Below are positions 7,370 to 16,160 of a stretch of 32,000 nucleotides of DNA, piece by piece; the first letter of the stretch is position 1; each line of letters begins with the position of its first letter. The translations under genes and the position numbers were made by a program. The DNA comes from Propionibacteriaceae bacterium (GTDB lineage: Bacteria; Actinomycetota; Actinomycetes; Propionibacteriales; Propionibacteriaceae): positions 90,001-122,000 of the forward strand of contig JAIRQE010000025.1 in assembly GCA_031256725.1 (NCBI GenBank), in the 5' to 3' direction. The notes below the pieces were generated by a model. It saw only the letters and a list, made by a program, of their open reading frames with translations. It ran no database searches and was not told the DNA's origin.

Positions 7370-8221
7370 TCACCGTTGCGAGCGGGCGAAACCGGCTGCC
7401 TGTGCTGCCTCTTCGGAGGCGAACCACACTTCAGCGGTTGTCCTGGCGTAACCAGCAGCACCAGGTACGTGGTACTTCATGGAGCGCTCATTGCCCTTGA
7501 TCTCGAAACCCTCTGGTGGATTGGTGCCAACATAGGAACCCTCGCCATAGCGGGAATCGCCTACCTCGGCCTCCTGAGTGGCCTCATCAATAACCTCGTC
7601 GAGGTCTGCGAGTACTTCGTCGATTTCATAGTCGTCATCGGGGTACACATAGGGCTCGTCGGGCTCGTAGGCAGCCCACTCTTCGCGACTTCCAAGGAAG
7701 GTACGAACGGCGAGGGCCAATGCTCCAAGGATGGCACCTACTGCCGCGAGGGTCGCGATCCTCTTTGCTGGGCTGGAACCCTTCTTGGACTTCCCCAATT
7801 CGGACTTCAATGTGCTCAACGAAGCATCAGCACGCTCATCGAGTCGTGCGAGGATCTCGCGGGCTTCTGTGCCAGCAGGAGTTGCGGCAGCCTGATGGAG
7901 TACGCGAATCATCTTGGGAAGAATGTCTTCTTGTACAGCCTTTTGGGCTCGATCAACAGCTGGGCTGACCTTATCCAAGGCAGAATTCACAGTGGGTTGG
8001 ATACGCTCAACAGTATCGGCGGCGAGTCCAGCAGCTTTACGGGTTGCTCCCTTGGCTGCTTCAATAGCATCATCGGCGACAGGGCCGACCTTCTTCGCTG
8101 CGGCTTCGAGGAGGGGAGTGATCCGCTCAACCGCTTCATCCCAGGCAGCAGTACCATAGTGCGCTACTGTCTTTGCTCTATCAGAGGCAGCTTCTAGGAT
8201 GTCTTCTTTGCGAATATTCAT
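7370..8221 (-). CDS. Membrane protein with alanine-rich helical-repeat N-terminal region, one TM and a C-terminal sunset-like domain
   Basis: 283 aa. Repetitive amphipathic helices (AAKKVGPVADDAIEAAKGATRKAAGLAADTVERIQPTVNSALDKVSPAVDRAQKAV), TM IATLAAVGAILGALALAVRTFL, and an acidic linker. The C-terminal FEIKGNERSMKYHVPGAAGYARTTAEVWFASEEAAQAAGF matches my memory of the C-terminal 'sunset' domain pattern. Confidence 0.65.
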   Translation of the reverse strand: MNIRKEDILEAASDRAKTVAHYGTAAWDEAVERITPLLEAAAKKVGPVADDAIEAAKGATRKAAGLAADTVERIQPTVNSALDKVSPAVDRAQKAVQEDILPKMIRVLHQAAATPAGTEAREILARLDERADASLSTLKSELGKSKKGSSPAKRIATLAAVGAILGALALAVRTFLGSREEWAAYEPDEPYVYPDDDYEIDEVLADLDEVIDEATQEAEVGDSRYGEGSYVGTNPPEGFEIKGNERSMKYHVPGAAGYARTTAEVWFASEEAAQAAGFARSQR

Positions 8222-8394
8222 GAGTAATCCTAACGTTTCATACTCCGAGCGGAGTGTTCCTCTAGTTTATCGCCTTGAATCCTTATTTGGACCCTGAGGC
8301 ACCCCTGAAATGACTGTACGGACAAGTTCCGGACAAGGCTTTGATGGTTTTCAGTGCATGTACTGAGGTTCACTGATCAAAAGCTTGTTTAGAT

Positions 8395-8432
8395 GACGCA
8401 GAGAGTGGGGTACATCTGTTCCACACACACTC
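8395..8432 (-). repeat. Conserved intergenic element, copy C
   Basis: The reverse complement reads GAGTGTGTGTGGAACAGATGTACCCCACTCTCTGCGTC. Confidence 0.9.
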
Positions 8433-8436
8433 CCGC

Positions 8437-8460
8437 AGTTGTTTCCTGAAGGAAACAACT
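8437..8460 (-). terminator. Perfect 10-bp hairpin 24 nt after the cyclophilin stop codon (no T-tract)
   Basis: AGTTGTTTCC-TGAA-GGAAACAACT. Confidence 0.5.
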
Positions 8461-8483
8461 AGAAGCGTCGCCCCACTGAGGTC

Positions 8484-9005
8484 TTACTTGATTTCGACGG
8501 TCTCCATGATGACGGGCTTCATGGGGCGATCCATCCTATCTGTGGGTGCTGTGGCAATGGTGTCAACGACCTGTTGGCTTGCAGGATCAAGGACCTCACC
8601 GAAGATCGTATGCTTACGATTGAGGTGAGGGGTTGGACCAACAGTAATGAAGAACTGTGAACCATTCGTACCAGGCCCCGCGTTGGCCATAGCCAAGAGG
8701 TACGGACGGTTGAAGGTTAGTTCCGGATGGAACTCGTCACCGAAGTCGTAACCTGGTCCACCGCGACCATCGCCACGCGGGCAGCCGCCCTGGATCATGA
8801 ATCCGCTAATGACGCGATGGAAGGTGAGGCCGTCATAGTAACGCCCTGTTGTCGTCTGACCAGTCTCGTCGCGGTACTCTTTGGCACCCGTGGCAAGGCC
8901 TACAAAGTTGGCGACTGTGATGGGTGCGTGATCCTCAAAGAGATCGATCACAATGTCACCGTAGTTGGTATGAAGAATCGCCTGAGTCATTCGATCCCTT
9001 TCCAT
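8484..9005 (-). CDS. Peptidyl-prolyl cis-trans isomerase, cyclophilin type
   Basis: Motifs [28 protein letters not shown] and [10 protein letters not shown]. The start could instead be the MTQAIL Met at 8990. Confidence 0.9.
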   Translation of the reverse strand: MERDRMTQAILHTNYGDIVIDLFEDHAPITVANFVGLATGAKEYRDETGQTTTGRYYDGLTFHRVISGFMIQGGCPRGDGRGGPGYDFGDEFHPELTFNRPYLLAMANAGPGTNGSQFFITVGPTPHLNRKHTIFGEVLDPASQQVVDTIATAPTDRMDRPMKPVIMETVEIK

Positions 9006-9322
9006 AAGTAAGTGCGCCTGTGTGGCACTATGAATCCCCTATTCTGCCATCTGGGAAGGCTGACGGCTGGGTACCACCCCGATGAGGGACAATCCCATTC
9101 TGAAGACTCTCGCCGTAATGAGTATTCAATGATGATACTGAGTTGTTCTGATGCTTTGATCGACTGCTAATACTTTTATATCTATCTAGTTGAATAAGGG
9201 AGGGTGAAAACTTATACAACTTGTCCAGGGATGTGGATCAGGTGGTTTTGTAATGGTTCTCTCAAAAGTCATCGCGAACCCAATCCCTCTCAAGCATTGA
9301 AGTCCTAAAGTGGATCTGATTG

Positions 9323-10996
9323 TTAGTGAGCATGGGCAGGCCAACCCCAGATACCGTCGAGATCAATGAGGCGGACCCCATCAGATTCCATCCAGGCTGC
9401 GATCAGTTCAGCCTCTTCGACTGTTCCTGCGGGTTGACCTTCCACGCGCGGGGTCACCGTTTTTGCGGTTGCGACGGCACCCTCGGCGAGACGTTGGGGG
9501 TCATCGCCTACTTGCGCGACGACTGCACCAGCGAGTTGACCATAACGGATGACGTGGATCTCCCATCCTTGGTCGAGGCGGCGTGCTGCGAGGATCTGGG
9601 GGCAGGAAGACAGTGAAGTGAGCCTAACCTGGCGAAGCATCCCCTTCTCTAGAACTTGGAGGCGATCAAGGATTTCTTGGGCCTCTTCGTAGCGATGCTG
9701 GTCGGACAGTGCCGAGATCGTGGAGAGGCAGGCCTGGCGTGGGTCACGGATATCTCCCGAGAGGCACTGGTTTACAGTTGTGATCGTCTCATGGTAGGCA
9801 TCAAGTCCGGTGAGGGTACAGGGCGCAGGGCAGGATGAAATCTCTGCAAGGGCACAGGGTTCGCGGGTCTGGGTTGCCGATAGGCGATCACGGCAGCGCC
9901 GTACCGGGAAAGCTTCCTGGAGGGCGAGGACTGCGGGTTCGGCTGCACGTTTCCCCGCGAAAGGCCCCAGATAGGCTGCACCATCATTGGAAACCTTGCG
10001 TGTGATAGACAGTCGGGGGATGGGTTCGCGGGTGGTTTTGATCCAACAGTGTCGGGGCTGTTTGCTGCGACGATTGTAGGGGGGTTGGTGGGCGGTGATC
10101 ATGCGTAGCTCGACAACGGCGGCCTCTAGGGCTGTATGGCAGGGTACTGCTTCAACTCCGGTCGCTAGCTGAACCATTTCATCCATGCGGCGGCGTTTTT
10201 CAAAGGGGGTGAAATAGTTGGACACTCGCCGACGGATGTTTTTTGAGGTACCGACATAAAGCAACTGTCGACCGTGATCGCAGTCACGATAGAAGAAGTA
10301 GACGCCAGGGCTGCTCGGAAGATCCTTAGCCCAGACATGCTTGGCTCGGCGTGCAGCAGTGATCATGTGGGAGTACTCGCACAGATCCCCAATAGTGGTG
10401 ACCCCCTGATTTCCGACCCGTTCAAGGAGGCAGTGAAGCAGATCCACTGTTGTCCGGGCATCGTCGAGGGCTCGGTGGGTTGGGTTCACAGATGTCGAGA
10501 AATAGTGGGCGAGGGTTTCCAGACGGTAGTTGGGGACCTCACTCCTAGGGATGACATGCCTAGCGATCCTTAGGGTGTCGAGTTCGAGGGTTGCTGGCCA
10601 TTCGTACCCCAAAGAGGTGCAGGCCCTGGTGATGAAGCCCATATCGAAGCGGGAATTGTGGGCGACCATGACTGAGCCACGGCAGAACTCGACCAGTGAA
10701 GGGAAGACCTGTGAAAGATGGGGGGCAGAACGAACCATAGTGTTTGAGATTCCCGTCATGGACTCAATGAATCCGGGGATCCTCATCCCAGGGTTGATGA
10801 GGCTATGGAATTCGCCAAGAACCTCCCCAGATCGAACTTTCACTGCCCCAATTTCGGTGATCCGCGAGTCGTGGGCCGTACCCGTGGTTTCGAGGTCGAT
10901 CACACAGAAAGTTGTGTCGTACAGCGGGTGGTTGGCGTAGTCGAACTCGAATTCGTCGAGCATCGGCTGGGCCGGATTGAACACTGTCATGGACAC
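9323..10996 (-). CDS. DEDDh 3'-5' exonuclease (DnaQ-like) fused to a GIY-YIG (UvrC-like) nuclease domain
   Basis: 557 aa. ExoI FCVIDLETTG, ExoII VAHNSRFDMGF and ExoIII HRALDDARTT, followed by the GIY-YIG signature PGVYFFY...LLYVGTSKNIRRRVSNYF. AGGTG RBS. The architecture resembles the conserved actinobacterial Rv2191-type protein as I recall it. Confidence 0.8.
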   Translation of the reverse strand: MSMTVFNPAQPMLDEFEFDYANHPLYDTTFCVIDLETTGTAHDSRITEIGAVKVRSGEVLGEFHSLINPGMRIPGFIESMTGISNTMVRSAPHLSQVFPSLVEFCRGSVMVAHNSRFDMGFITRACTSLGYEWPATLELDTLRIARHVIPRSEVPNYRLETLAHYFSTSVNPTHRALDDARTTVDLLHCLLERVGNQGVTTIGDLCEYSHMITAARRAKHVWAKDLPSSPGVYFFYRDCDHGRQLLYVGTSKNIRRRVSNYFTPFEKRRRMDEMVQLATGVEAVPCHTALEAAVVELRMITAHQPPYNRRSKQPRHCWIKTTREPIPRLSITRKVSNDGAAYLGPFAGKRAAEPAVLALQEAFPVRRCRDRLSATQTREPCALAEISSCPAPCTLTGLDAYHETITTVNQCLSGDIRDPRQACLSTISALSDQHRYEEAQEILDRLQVLEKGMLRQVRLTSLSSCPQILAARRLDQGWEIHVIRYGQLAGAVVAQVGDDPQRLAEGAVATAKTVTPRVEGQPAGTVEEAELIAAWMESDGVRLIDLDGIWGWPAHAH

Positions 10997-11059
10997 CTAA
11001 GTAACTGTAGACCACGACTTCGACAAAAAATGTCGGAGAGGGATGACATCCTGGTTTCC

Positions 11060-11248
11060 ATGAAGTCATATGTCATTGATTGCGATACATGCCAGGCAAG
11101 GAATCTGTCCTGTGGGGACTGCCTCATGTCTGTGATAGCTGATCCTGAGTTCGGTCAACCAGTGAGGTTCTCTGAACAGGAGAAGGAGGCTTTGGCCGTC
11201 ATGGCTGATGCAGGTTTGGTGCCACCATTGCGGTTGGTGGCTGGGTGA
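11060..11248 (+). CDS. Small CxxC-x6-CxxC (zinc-ribbon-like) protein
   Basis: 62 codons: MKSYVIDCDTCQARNLSCGDCLMSVIADPEFGQPVRFSEQEKEALAVMADAGLVPPLRLVAG. An alternative ATG lies at 11030. No clear SD. Third-position GC is similar to neighbouring genes. Confidence 0.35.
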   Translation: MKSYVIDCDTCQARNLSCGDCLMSVIADPEFGQPVRFSEQEKEALAVMADAGLVPPLRLVAG

Positions 11249-12961
11249 TCATGTCAAGGATCTCAGCCAGCGGCGAAGTGCCCAGGTTGCTCGAACATCA
11301 TCCTCGTTATAGCGAAGGATCCTGTCTCGAGCGCCCTGTTGGATCTCAGGTGTTGGTGCGCGAATGGCATCAAGGAACCAGAACTGGGAGTTTAACCCTG
11401 AGGGTTCAGGATCTCTCCACGAGAACCCAGCCCCGACAGCCGCGACGGTCTTGAGCCCTAAGCCATCCACGCCAAAGAAGTTTGATGTGACAAGGGGAAG
11501 GAGGTCTACGAAAGAGGTTGATGCATAGTCGGCGAGCCAGGTGAGAGCATCGGATTTGTTCTGCTTGTGCTGGGCTAGTCTTTGCAGGGTCGAGATCTCG
11601 TAATGGGAGTAGTGCCATACGAGTACAGAACTAGTATCCAAGGATTCAATGAATCCTTTGAGCCAGGTGGCGGCTTGTTCTGCCAGGTCGAGTTCTTTGG
11701 CGTGGGTGAGTGATTCAAATTTGCTGACTGCGTGGTACCAAGGTTTCTCGTGTGGGTTGCGGCGATCATCAATGAGGAAACCCCACAGGTAGGCGTGGTT
11801 ATTCGAGGAGGTTTCGATGTCGAGATCGATTTCCACCTCGGCTTCGGGGAGGTCAAGGACCCCCGTTGTGAGACGTTCAAGACTGATTCCTGCTTCGAGG
11901 AGTCGCCCACGACGAGCAGCCAAACGGAGTCGGGTTTCAGCTCCGGCACGATGTGCCACACGGGGAAGGTACTCGGGAAGGAGGACCTCAACATCAATGG
12001 CCGCAAGATCGGTGATCGTTGAGACCCCCATGCTTCGCAGGGTCATGATTTCACGAGCATCCAAGGGCGAACGCTCAATTCTTAAAGAGATGTCGTTTTC
12101 GAGGAGCCACTGGCATTCGGTCCACCAGTCACATTCCTCACATTCGGGGATATGTACAGGTGAGGCAACAAGTTTCTGGTCGCCATCATGATGGGCGAGT
12201 GCCCGAGTAGCGACACGTACCCGGAAGCGATGTTCATGAAGGTAGCGGCTCAATGGGCTGTACTTCTTCCACTGATGGGTGGAGGTGTACGAAAAGGCTC
12301 GAATCTGCTTGTCGTTCAGGTTTACCCAAGTGACCACCGCCCCTTTGGAATCCTCCTGATCAGTACCAATCACAGCACCCCAGGCTTCCTTGGCAGCAAA
12401 CCCAGAAAAGGACAGAAGGAGCCACAAATGCGCCAATTGGAGAAGGTTTGCTGAACGGGAGTCAACTCGGAAAGAGTGCTTCGAGGGGTGTGCTTGGGAT
12501 AGGAAGGGGTGGGAAAGATTCGTCGCGAGCGGGTGATGGTCCTGGCGTGAGGTGGATGCGAGAACTAGATGGTCCTTGATAATGGCCGGATAATAGGTGG
12601 GCGTATCACCCTCATCCGCTTTGAAGAGGATGTCCACTGTTCCGCAGCGATGGTTCTCCCAATCCACAGGCAGACACGCACCAATGATGATGGGTACTCC
12701 TGCGGTCATGGCGGCGATAGCCTCAGTCGTACATTGCTCAGGATCGGTGATCCCGCTCAGGTCGCAGATCTCATTCGCGTAGCGTCTGCGCAGGAATCGC
12801 AGTACATGGGTATGGTGGGCACTTTGTCGAAACCACTCAACAACACGGGTATCAATAAGCTCATCAGGGGGTGTCAGGGAACCGAAAGTGTTTTGAGTCT
12901 TGACCGGGCAGGTGGTTGCTGCGTACTGGTCAAGAGCGAAAACTCTCGGATGGAGGGTCAT
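11249..12961 (-). CDS. RecB/Cas4-like PD-(D/E)xK nuclease domain with Cys cluster fused to a C-terminal RNase-H-like (DEDD-type) domain; TM0106-family-like
   Basis: Start set at ATG 12961 (MTLHPRV...), which overlaps the menG stop as ATGA. N-terminal Cys (TTCPVK) plus CEECDWWTEC suggest Fe-S ligands, and GTVDILFK...YYPAIIK resembles the nuclease core. The C-terminal EIDLDIETS...WHYSHYE...RYNEDDVRAT resembles RNase_H_2/YprB-type exonuclease motifs. Confidence 0.7.
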   Translation of the reverse strand: MTLHPRVFALDQYAATTCPVKTQNTFGSLTPPDELIDTRVVEWFRQSAHHTHVLRFLRRRYANEICDLSGITDPEQCTTEAIAAMTAGVPIIIGACLPVDWENHRCGTVDILFKADEGDTPTYYPAIIKDHLVLASTSRQDHHPLATNLSHPFLSQAHPSKHSFRVDSRSANLLQLAHLWLLLSFSGFAAKEAWGAVIGTDQEDSKGAVVTWVNLNDKQIRAFSYTSTHQWKKYSPLSRYLHEHRFRVRVATRALAHHDGDQKLVASPVHIPECEECDWWTECQWLLENDISLRIERSPLDAREIMTLRSMGVSTITDLAAIDVEVLLPEYLPRVAHRAGAETRLRLAARRGRLLEAGISLERLTTGVLDLPEAEVEIDLDIETSSNNHAYLWGFLIDDRRNPHEKPWYHAVSKFESLTHAKELDLAEQAATWLKGFIESLDTSSVLVWHYSHYEISTLQRLAQHKQNKSDALTWLADYASTSFVDLLPLVTSNFFGVDGLGLKTVAAVGAGFSWRDPEPSGLNSQFWFLDAIRAPTPEIQQGARDRILRYNEDDVRATWALRRWLRSLT

Positions 12962-13665
12962 GGTCGTACCGCTCGATGAAGCGCGACAATCCCTCCAGTG
13001 AGATTTCGCCACTGGATCTTTGTCCACCCGGCTAGTTCCAGCATGGTCGCGAGCCTGCGTTGGTCGGGCCAATTCAGAATAGACTCGCTGAGATAGGAGT
13101 AGGCAGGTGCATGGCTTGAGGCAAGTTTAGACACAAGCGGGATAGCAACCTTAAGCCAGAGGCGGTACATAAACCGGGTGACAGCCGACGGTGGGCGAGA
13201 GAATTCACAGATGACCAGGGTTCCTCCAGGGCGTACGACTCGGCACAATTCGGCAAGAACAATCCCAGGATTAACCACGTTGCGCAACCCGAAACTCATG
13301 GTTGCTGCATCAAAACTTGCATCGGCGTAGGGCAGTTTCAGGGCATCACCGACCACAAAGGACTGTTGTGGATAGCGGCGTTTGCCGATTTTTACCATCG
13401 CCTCGGTGAGGTCTGTGGCGACAACAGTCGCTCCAGCGCGGGCGATAGGTAGAGATGAGGCACCTGTACCAGCAGCCAGATCCAAGATTATTTCCCCTTC
13501 TTGGGGGGCTAAAGCATCAAGAGTATGGTGACGCCACCAGCGGTCCTGGCCCATGGATGCCACGTCGTTCATCAGATCGTAGCGAGGGGCAACATGGGAG
13601 AACATATCCATCATGTCTGATGGATCCTTGTCGAGTTGTGCTCGCTTGTCGCTTAAAAACCTCAC
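12958..13665 (-). CDS. menG: Demethylmenaquinone / ubiquinone-menaquinone C-methyltransferase (UbiE/MenG family)
   Basis: N-terminal DKDPSDMMDMFSHVAPRYDLMNDVASMGQDRWWR, SAM motif I ILDLAAGTGASS, and FGLRNV. Confidence 0.85.
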   Translation of the reverse strand: MRFLSDKRAQLDKDPSDMMDMFSHVAPRYDLMNDVASMGQDRWWRHHTLDALAPQEGEIILDLAAGTGASSLPIARAGATVVATDLTEAMVKIGKRRYPQQSFVVGDALKLPYADASFDAATMSFGLRNVVNPGIVLAELCRVVRPGGTLVICEFSRPPSAVTRFMYRLWLKVAIPLVSKLASSHAPAYSYLSESILNWPDQRRLATMLELAGWTKIQWRNLTGGIVALHRAVRP

Positions 13666-13900
13666 CCGTTAAGACTGCCACATCTTTGTACACTCGGGCC
13701 AACTCTTCGTAGTTGTCTCTTTTCAGGTGGGTACGTATTGTGTCTAAAACGACTCAGTGGGACCCTCTCCGGGGCATTTCCAGTTATGGACGGTTTTCGC
13801 TAAGAATTGGTTACATAAGTGGACAGTACTGGAAAAAAGGGTTGAAAAGGGCTCTTATGGAGTTGTGTACGACAAGAAGAAACACAGGAAATGGAGATTC

Positions 13901-14566
13901 TTATGCCCAGGTGATGGGTTGGGCTCCCTGCTCGACTAGATAGGCATTGGCCCTGGAATAGGGGCGCGAACCGAAGAATCCGTTCCTGGCTGACAGTGGT
14001 GAGGGGTGGGCGCTCGCGATGATGGGGATCGTACCCAGGGATGGTGTCAGTGTTTGAGCATCCCGACCCCACAAGATAGCTACGAGGGGACCACCTCGTG
14101 ATACCAGGGCATTGATGGCGGCGGAGGTGATCTGTTCCCATCCTTTTCCTCTATGGGATCCGGGTTTTCCTGGTTCTACGGTGAGGACTCTATTGAGAAG
14201 GAGTACCCCCTGCTCAAACCAATGGGTGAGGTCACCACTCGTAGGTGGCTCCACGTCGAGATCAGACTTGAGTTCGGTGTACATATTCCTTAAAGATCCC
14301 GGAAGGGGACGTACCTCGGGGGCCACTGAGAAGGACAGGCCCACAGGATGCCCAGGATTAGGGTACGGGTCTTGGCCAACGATGAGTACCCTCACATCAG
14401 CCAAAGGTCGGGTGAAGGCGCGTAGTACATTCGGCCCGTCAGGAAGGTAATTTCGCCCAGACGCCAACTCGGATCTGAGGAAGTCCCCCATTGCGTGGAT
14501 CTGGTCTTCGACTTCGGACAAGGCTTCAACCCAATCAGGGGCGATGATCTCAAGAAGGGATGCCAT
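13901..14566 (-). CDS. ung: Uracil-DNA glycosylase, family 1
   Basis: Motifs [18 protein letters not shown] and SAHPSPLSA. Start chosen at MASLLEII (14566). The ORF is open to 14656, but that extension looks non-native. Confidence 0.9.
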   Translation of the reverse strand: MASLLEIIAPDWVEALSEVEDQIHAMGDFLRSELASGRNYLPDGPNVLRAFTRPLADVRVLIVGQDPYPNPGHPVGLSFSVAPEVRPLPGSLRNMYTELKSDLDVEPPTSGDLTHWFEQGVLLLNRVLTVEPGKPGSHRGKGWEQITSAAINALVSRGGPLVAILWGRDAQTLTPSLGTIPIIASAHPSPLSARNGFFGSRPYSRANAYLVEQGAQPITWA

Positions 14567-14709
14567 ATACCCAGGGTACCCTGTGAGGAACTGTGGAAGG
14601 AGAAGAGTCCAGTAGGGTATAGATATCATAAAATAGGGAGAAGAAGAGAAGGCCATTGAGGCTAAAGGCTACGGTTAGGAGTCTTTTTGGGATTATGCGT
14701 CGAATCAGG

Positions 14710-15912
14710 CTAGTCCGTGTTGCTTATGGAACTGGGGTTCTTGGGAGTGAACCAACACATCACCACTCCCATACTGATAATGAGAGCACCAAGTACCCAA
14801 GCCCACGACAAAGATAGAGCATCAAGGACAAACCCAGCGATCATAGGACCAAGAATCAAACCGATGTCACCAGACATTTGATAGGCGGCGATTCCTGAGC
14901 TAGCGGACACGGGTACTATATCTGCAAGCATGGCTTGAGAAGCGGAAAGGGTGGCTGAAGCGCCCACGGAATAGATGCACATGAGTAGAACTAACCCGAC
15001 ATAGGATCCCGTAAGGGCAAGTCCAATCGATGCGGATGCGGTGGTGATACCCCCAGCGATCAACATGAAACGCCTGCCCAGCCGGTCGGTACCAGTCCCC
15101 ACCAGATGCAGGGTCAAAGCCTGGGTGATAGCAGCGAGGGTGAAGGCAATCCCCACCCAGGTGGTCGTCATTGTGAGAGACTCGACGACGAAGAGGGGAA
15201 CCAACAGGCTGCGTACCCCGAAGGACTGCCAATGTGTAGCAAAGTTGACCACCATAGCGGCACGGAAACGCGAATCTTTGATGAGGTCAGTCAAACCAAG
15301 GGTTTGGTCACGCATCTGTTCACGCTGTTGGGTGGGGGTGCGTGGAAGAAGAATCATCACAACCATGCCACCGAGGAGCATGGTCACAGCGTAGAAGAAG
15401 AAGGGTGCCTGCATAGAGATGTCGGCGATGAGCCCACCGAGTGCGGGCCCAGCCATCCCACCCAAGACGAACCCGCCTCCAGAAAGGGAACTCGCCCGGC
15501 CACGCATGTGAGGTGGTGCAGCTGCAAAGAGAAGGGCCATCGAGCTCACGCCGTACATCGCTGAACCAACGCCAGTGAGGCCACGCCAAAGCAGGAGACC
15601 GAAATAGGTGTCGGCGATCCCAGTCATGAAGGTCGTCAAAGCCACGAGTACACATCCAAGGATCGCCATTTCGCGTGGACCCACCCACCGCATCAGTCGA
15701 CTCGATGGGGGCATGCTCACTAGGCGCAGTACAGACATCGAAGAGATCACCAGGCCAGCAAGGAATCCCGAGACTCCAAAGGTACGTGCGTAGATCGGAA
15801 GGACTGGAGACATGACCCCGAAACCGACAGCGATCAAAAAGCCGACGATAGCAAGAACCCATACTTCTCGGGGTAGACGGGTACCCATCGGTTTCTCGTC
15901 GCCCTCACTCAT
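14710..15912 (-). CDS. MFS transporter
   Basis: About 400 aa and roughly 12 hydrophobic segments. Start chosen at MSEGDEKPMG (15912). Contains the MFS-like loop GTGTDRLGRR. Confidence 0.8.
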   Translation of the reverse strand: MSEGDEKPMGTRLPREVWVLAIVGFLIAVGFGVMSPVLPIYARTFGVSGFLAGLVISSMSVLRLVSMPPSSRLMRWVGPREMAILGCVLVALTTFMTGIADTYFGLLLWRGLTGVGSAMYGVSSMALLFAAAPPHMRGRASSLSGGGFVLGGMAGPALGGLIADISMQAPFFFYAVTMLLGGMVVMILLPRTPTQQREQMRDQTLGLTDLIKDSRFRAAMVVNFATHWQSFGVRSLLVPLFVVESLTMTTTWVGIAFTLAAITQALTLHLVGTGTDRLGRRFMLIAGGITTASASIGLALTGSYVGLVLLMCIYSVGASATLSASQAMLADIVPVSASSGIAAYQMSGDIGLILGPMIAGFVLDALSLSWAWVLGALIISMGVVMCWFTPKNPSSISNTD

Positions 15913-16160
15913 GATTTCCAGCCTACTTGACCAAAGGAAATCCTGGAGAATCCTCCCAGAGATCTGGGTAAGGAGTGTTGTCAGGGGACGTTCCTTTGAC
16001 ACACAGATCTGGTGTCGGATGCACATATGTGCCGGTAGGCCACCGCGGACCAGGGATTCCCCCCAAAAGTCCCCTGTCACACCGCGGTCGGGAGCGTGGC
16101 TACAAAAATAGTGGGGTTATCCACAACGCAGAACCGCCTCATTTATGCCACCATTGATGT

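Noticed and set aside
7376-8197. 273-aa plus-strand ORF almost coextensive with the 7370-8221 minus-strand gene
   Set aside because: It has the same codon-aligned antisense geometry. The minus-strand product has coherent features (helical repeats, a TM helix, a conserved C-terminal module, an RBS and a terminator), whereas the plus-strand product is Cys/Gly/Leu-rich nonsense.
16117-16125. Perfect DnaA-box consensus TTATCCACA
   Set aside because: It is a single isolated box with no cluster, no AT-rich unwinding element and no dnaA/dnaN context. A chance occurrence in 64 kb of two-strand sequence is not negligible.
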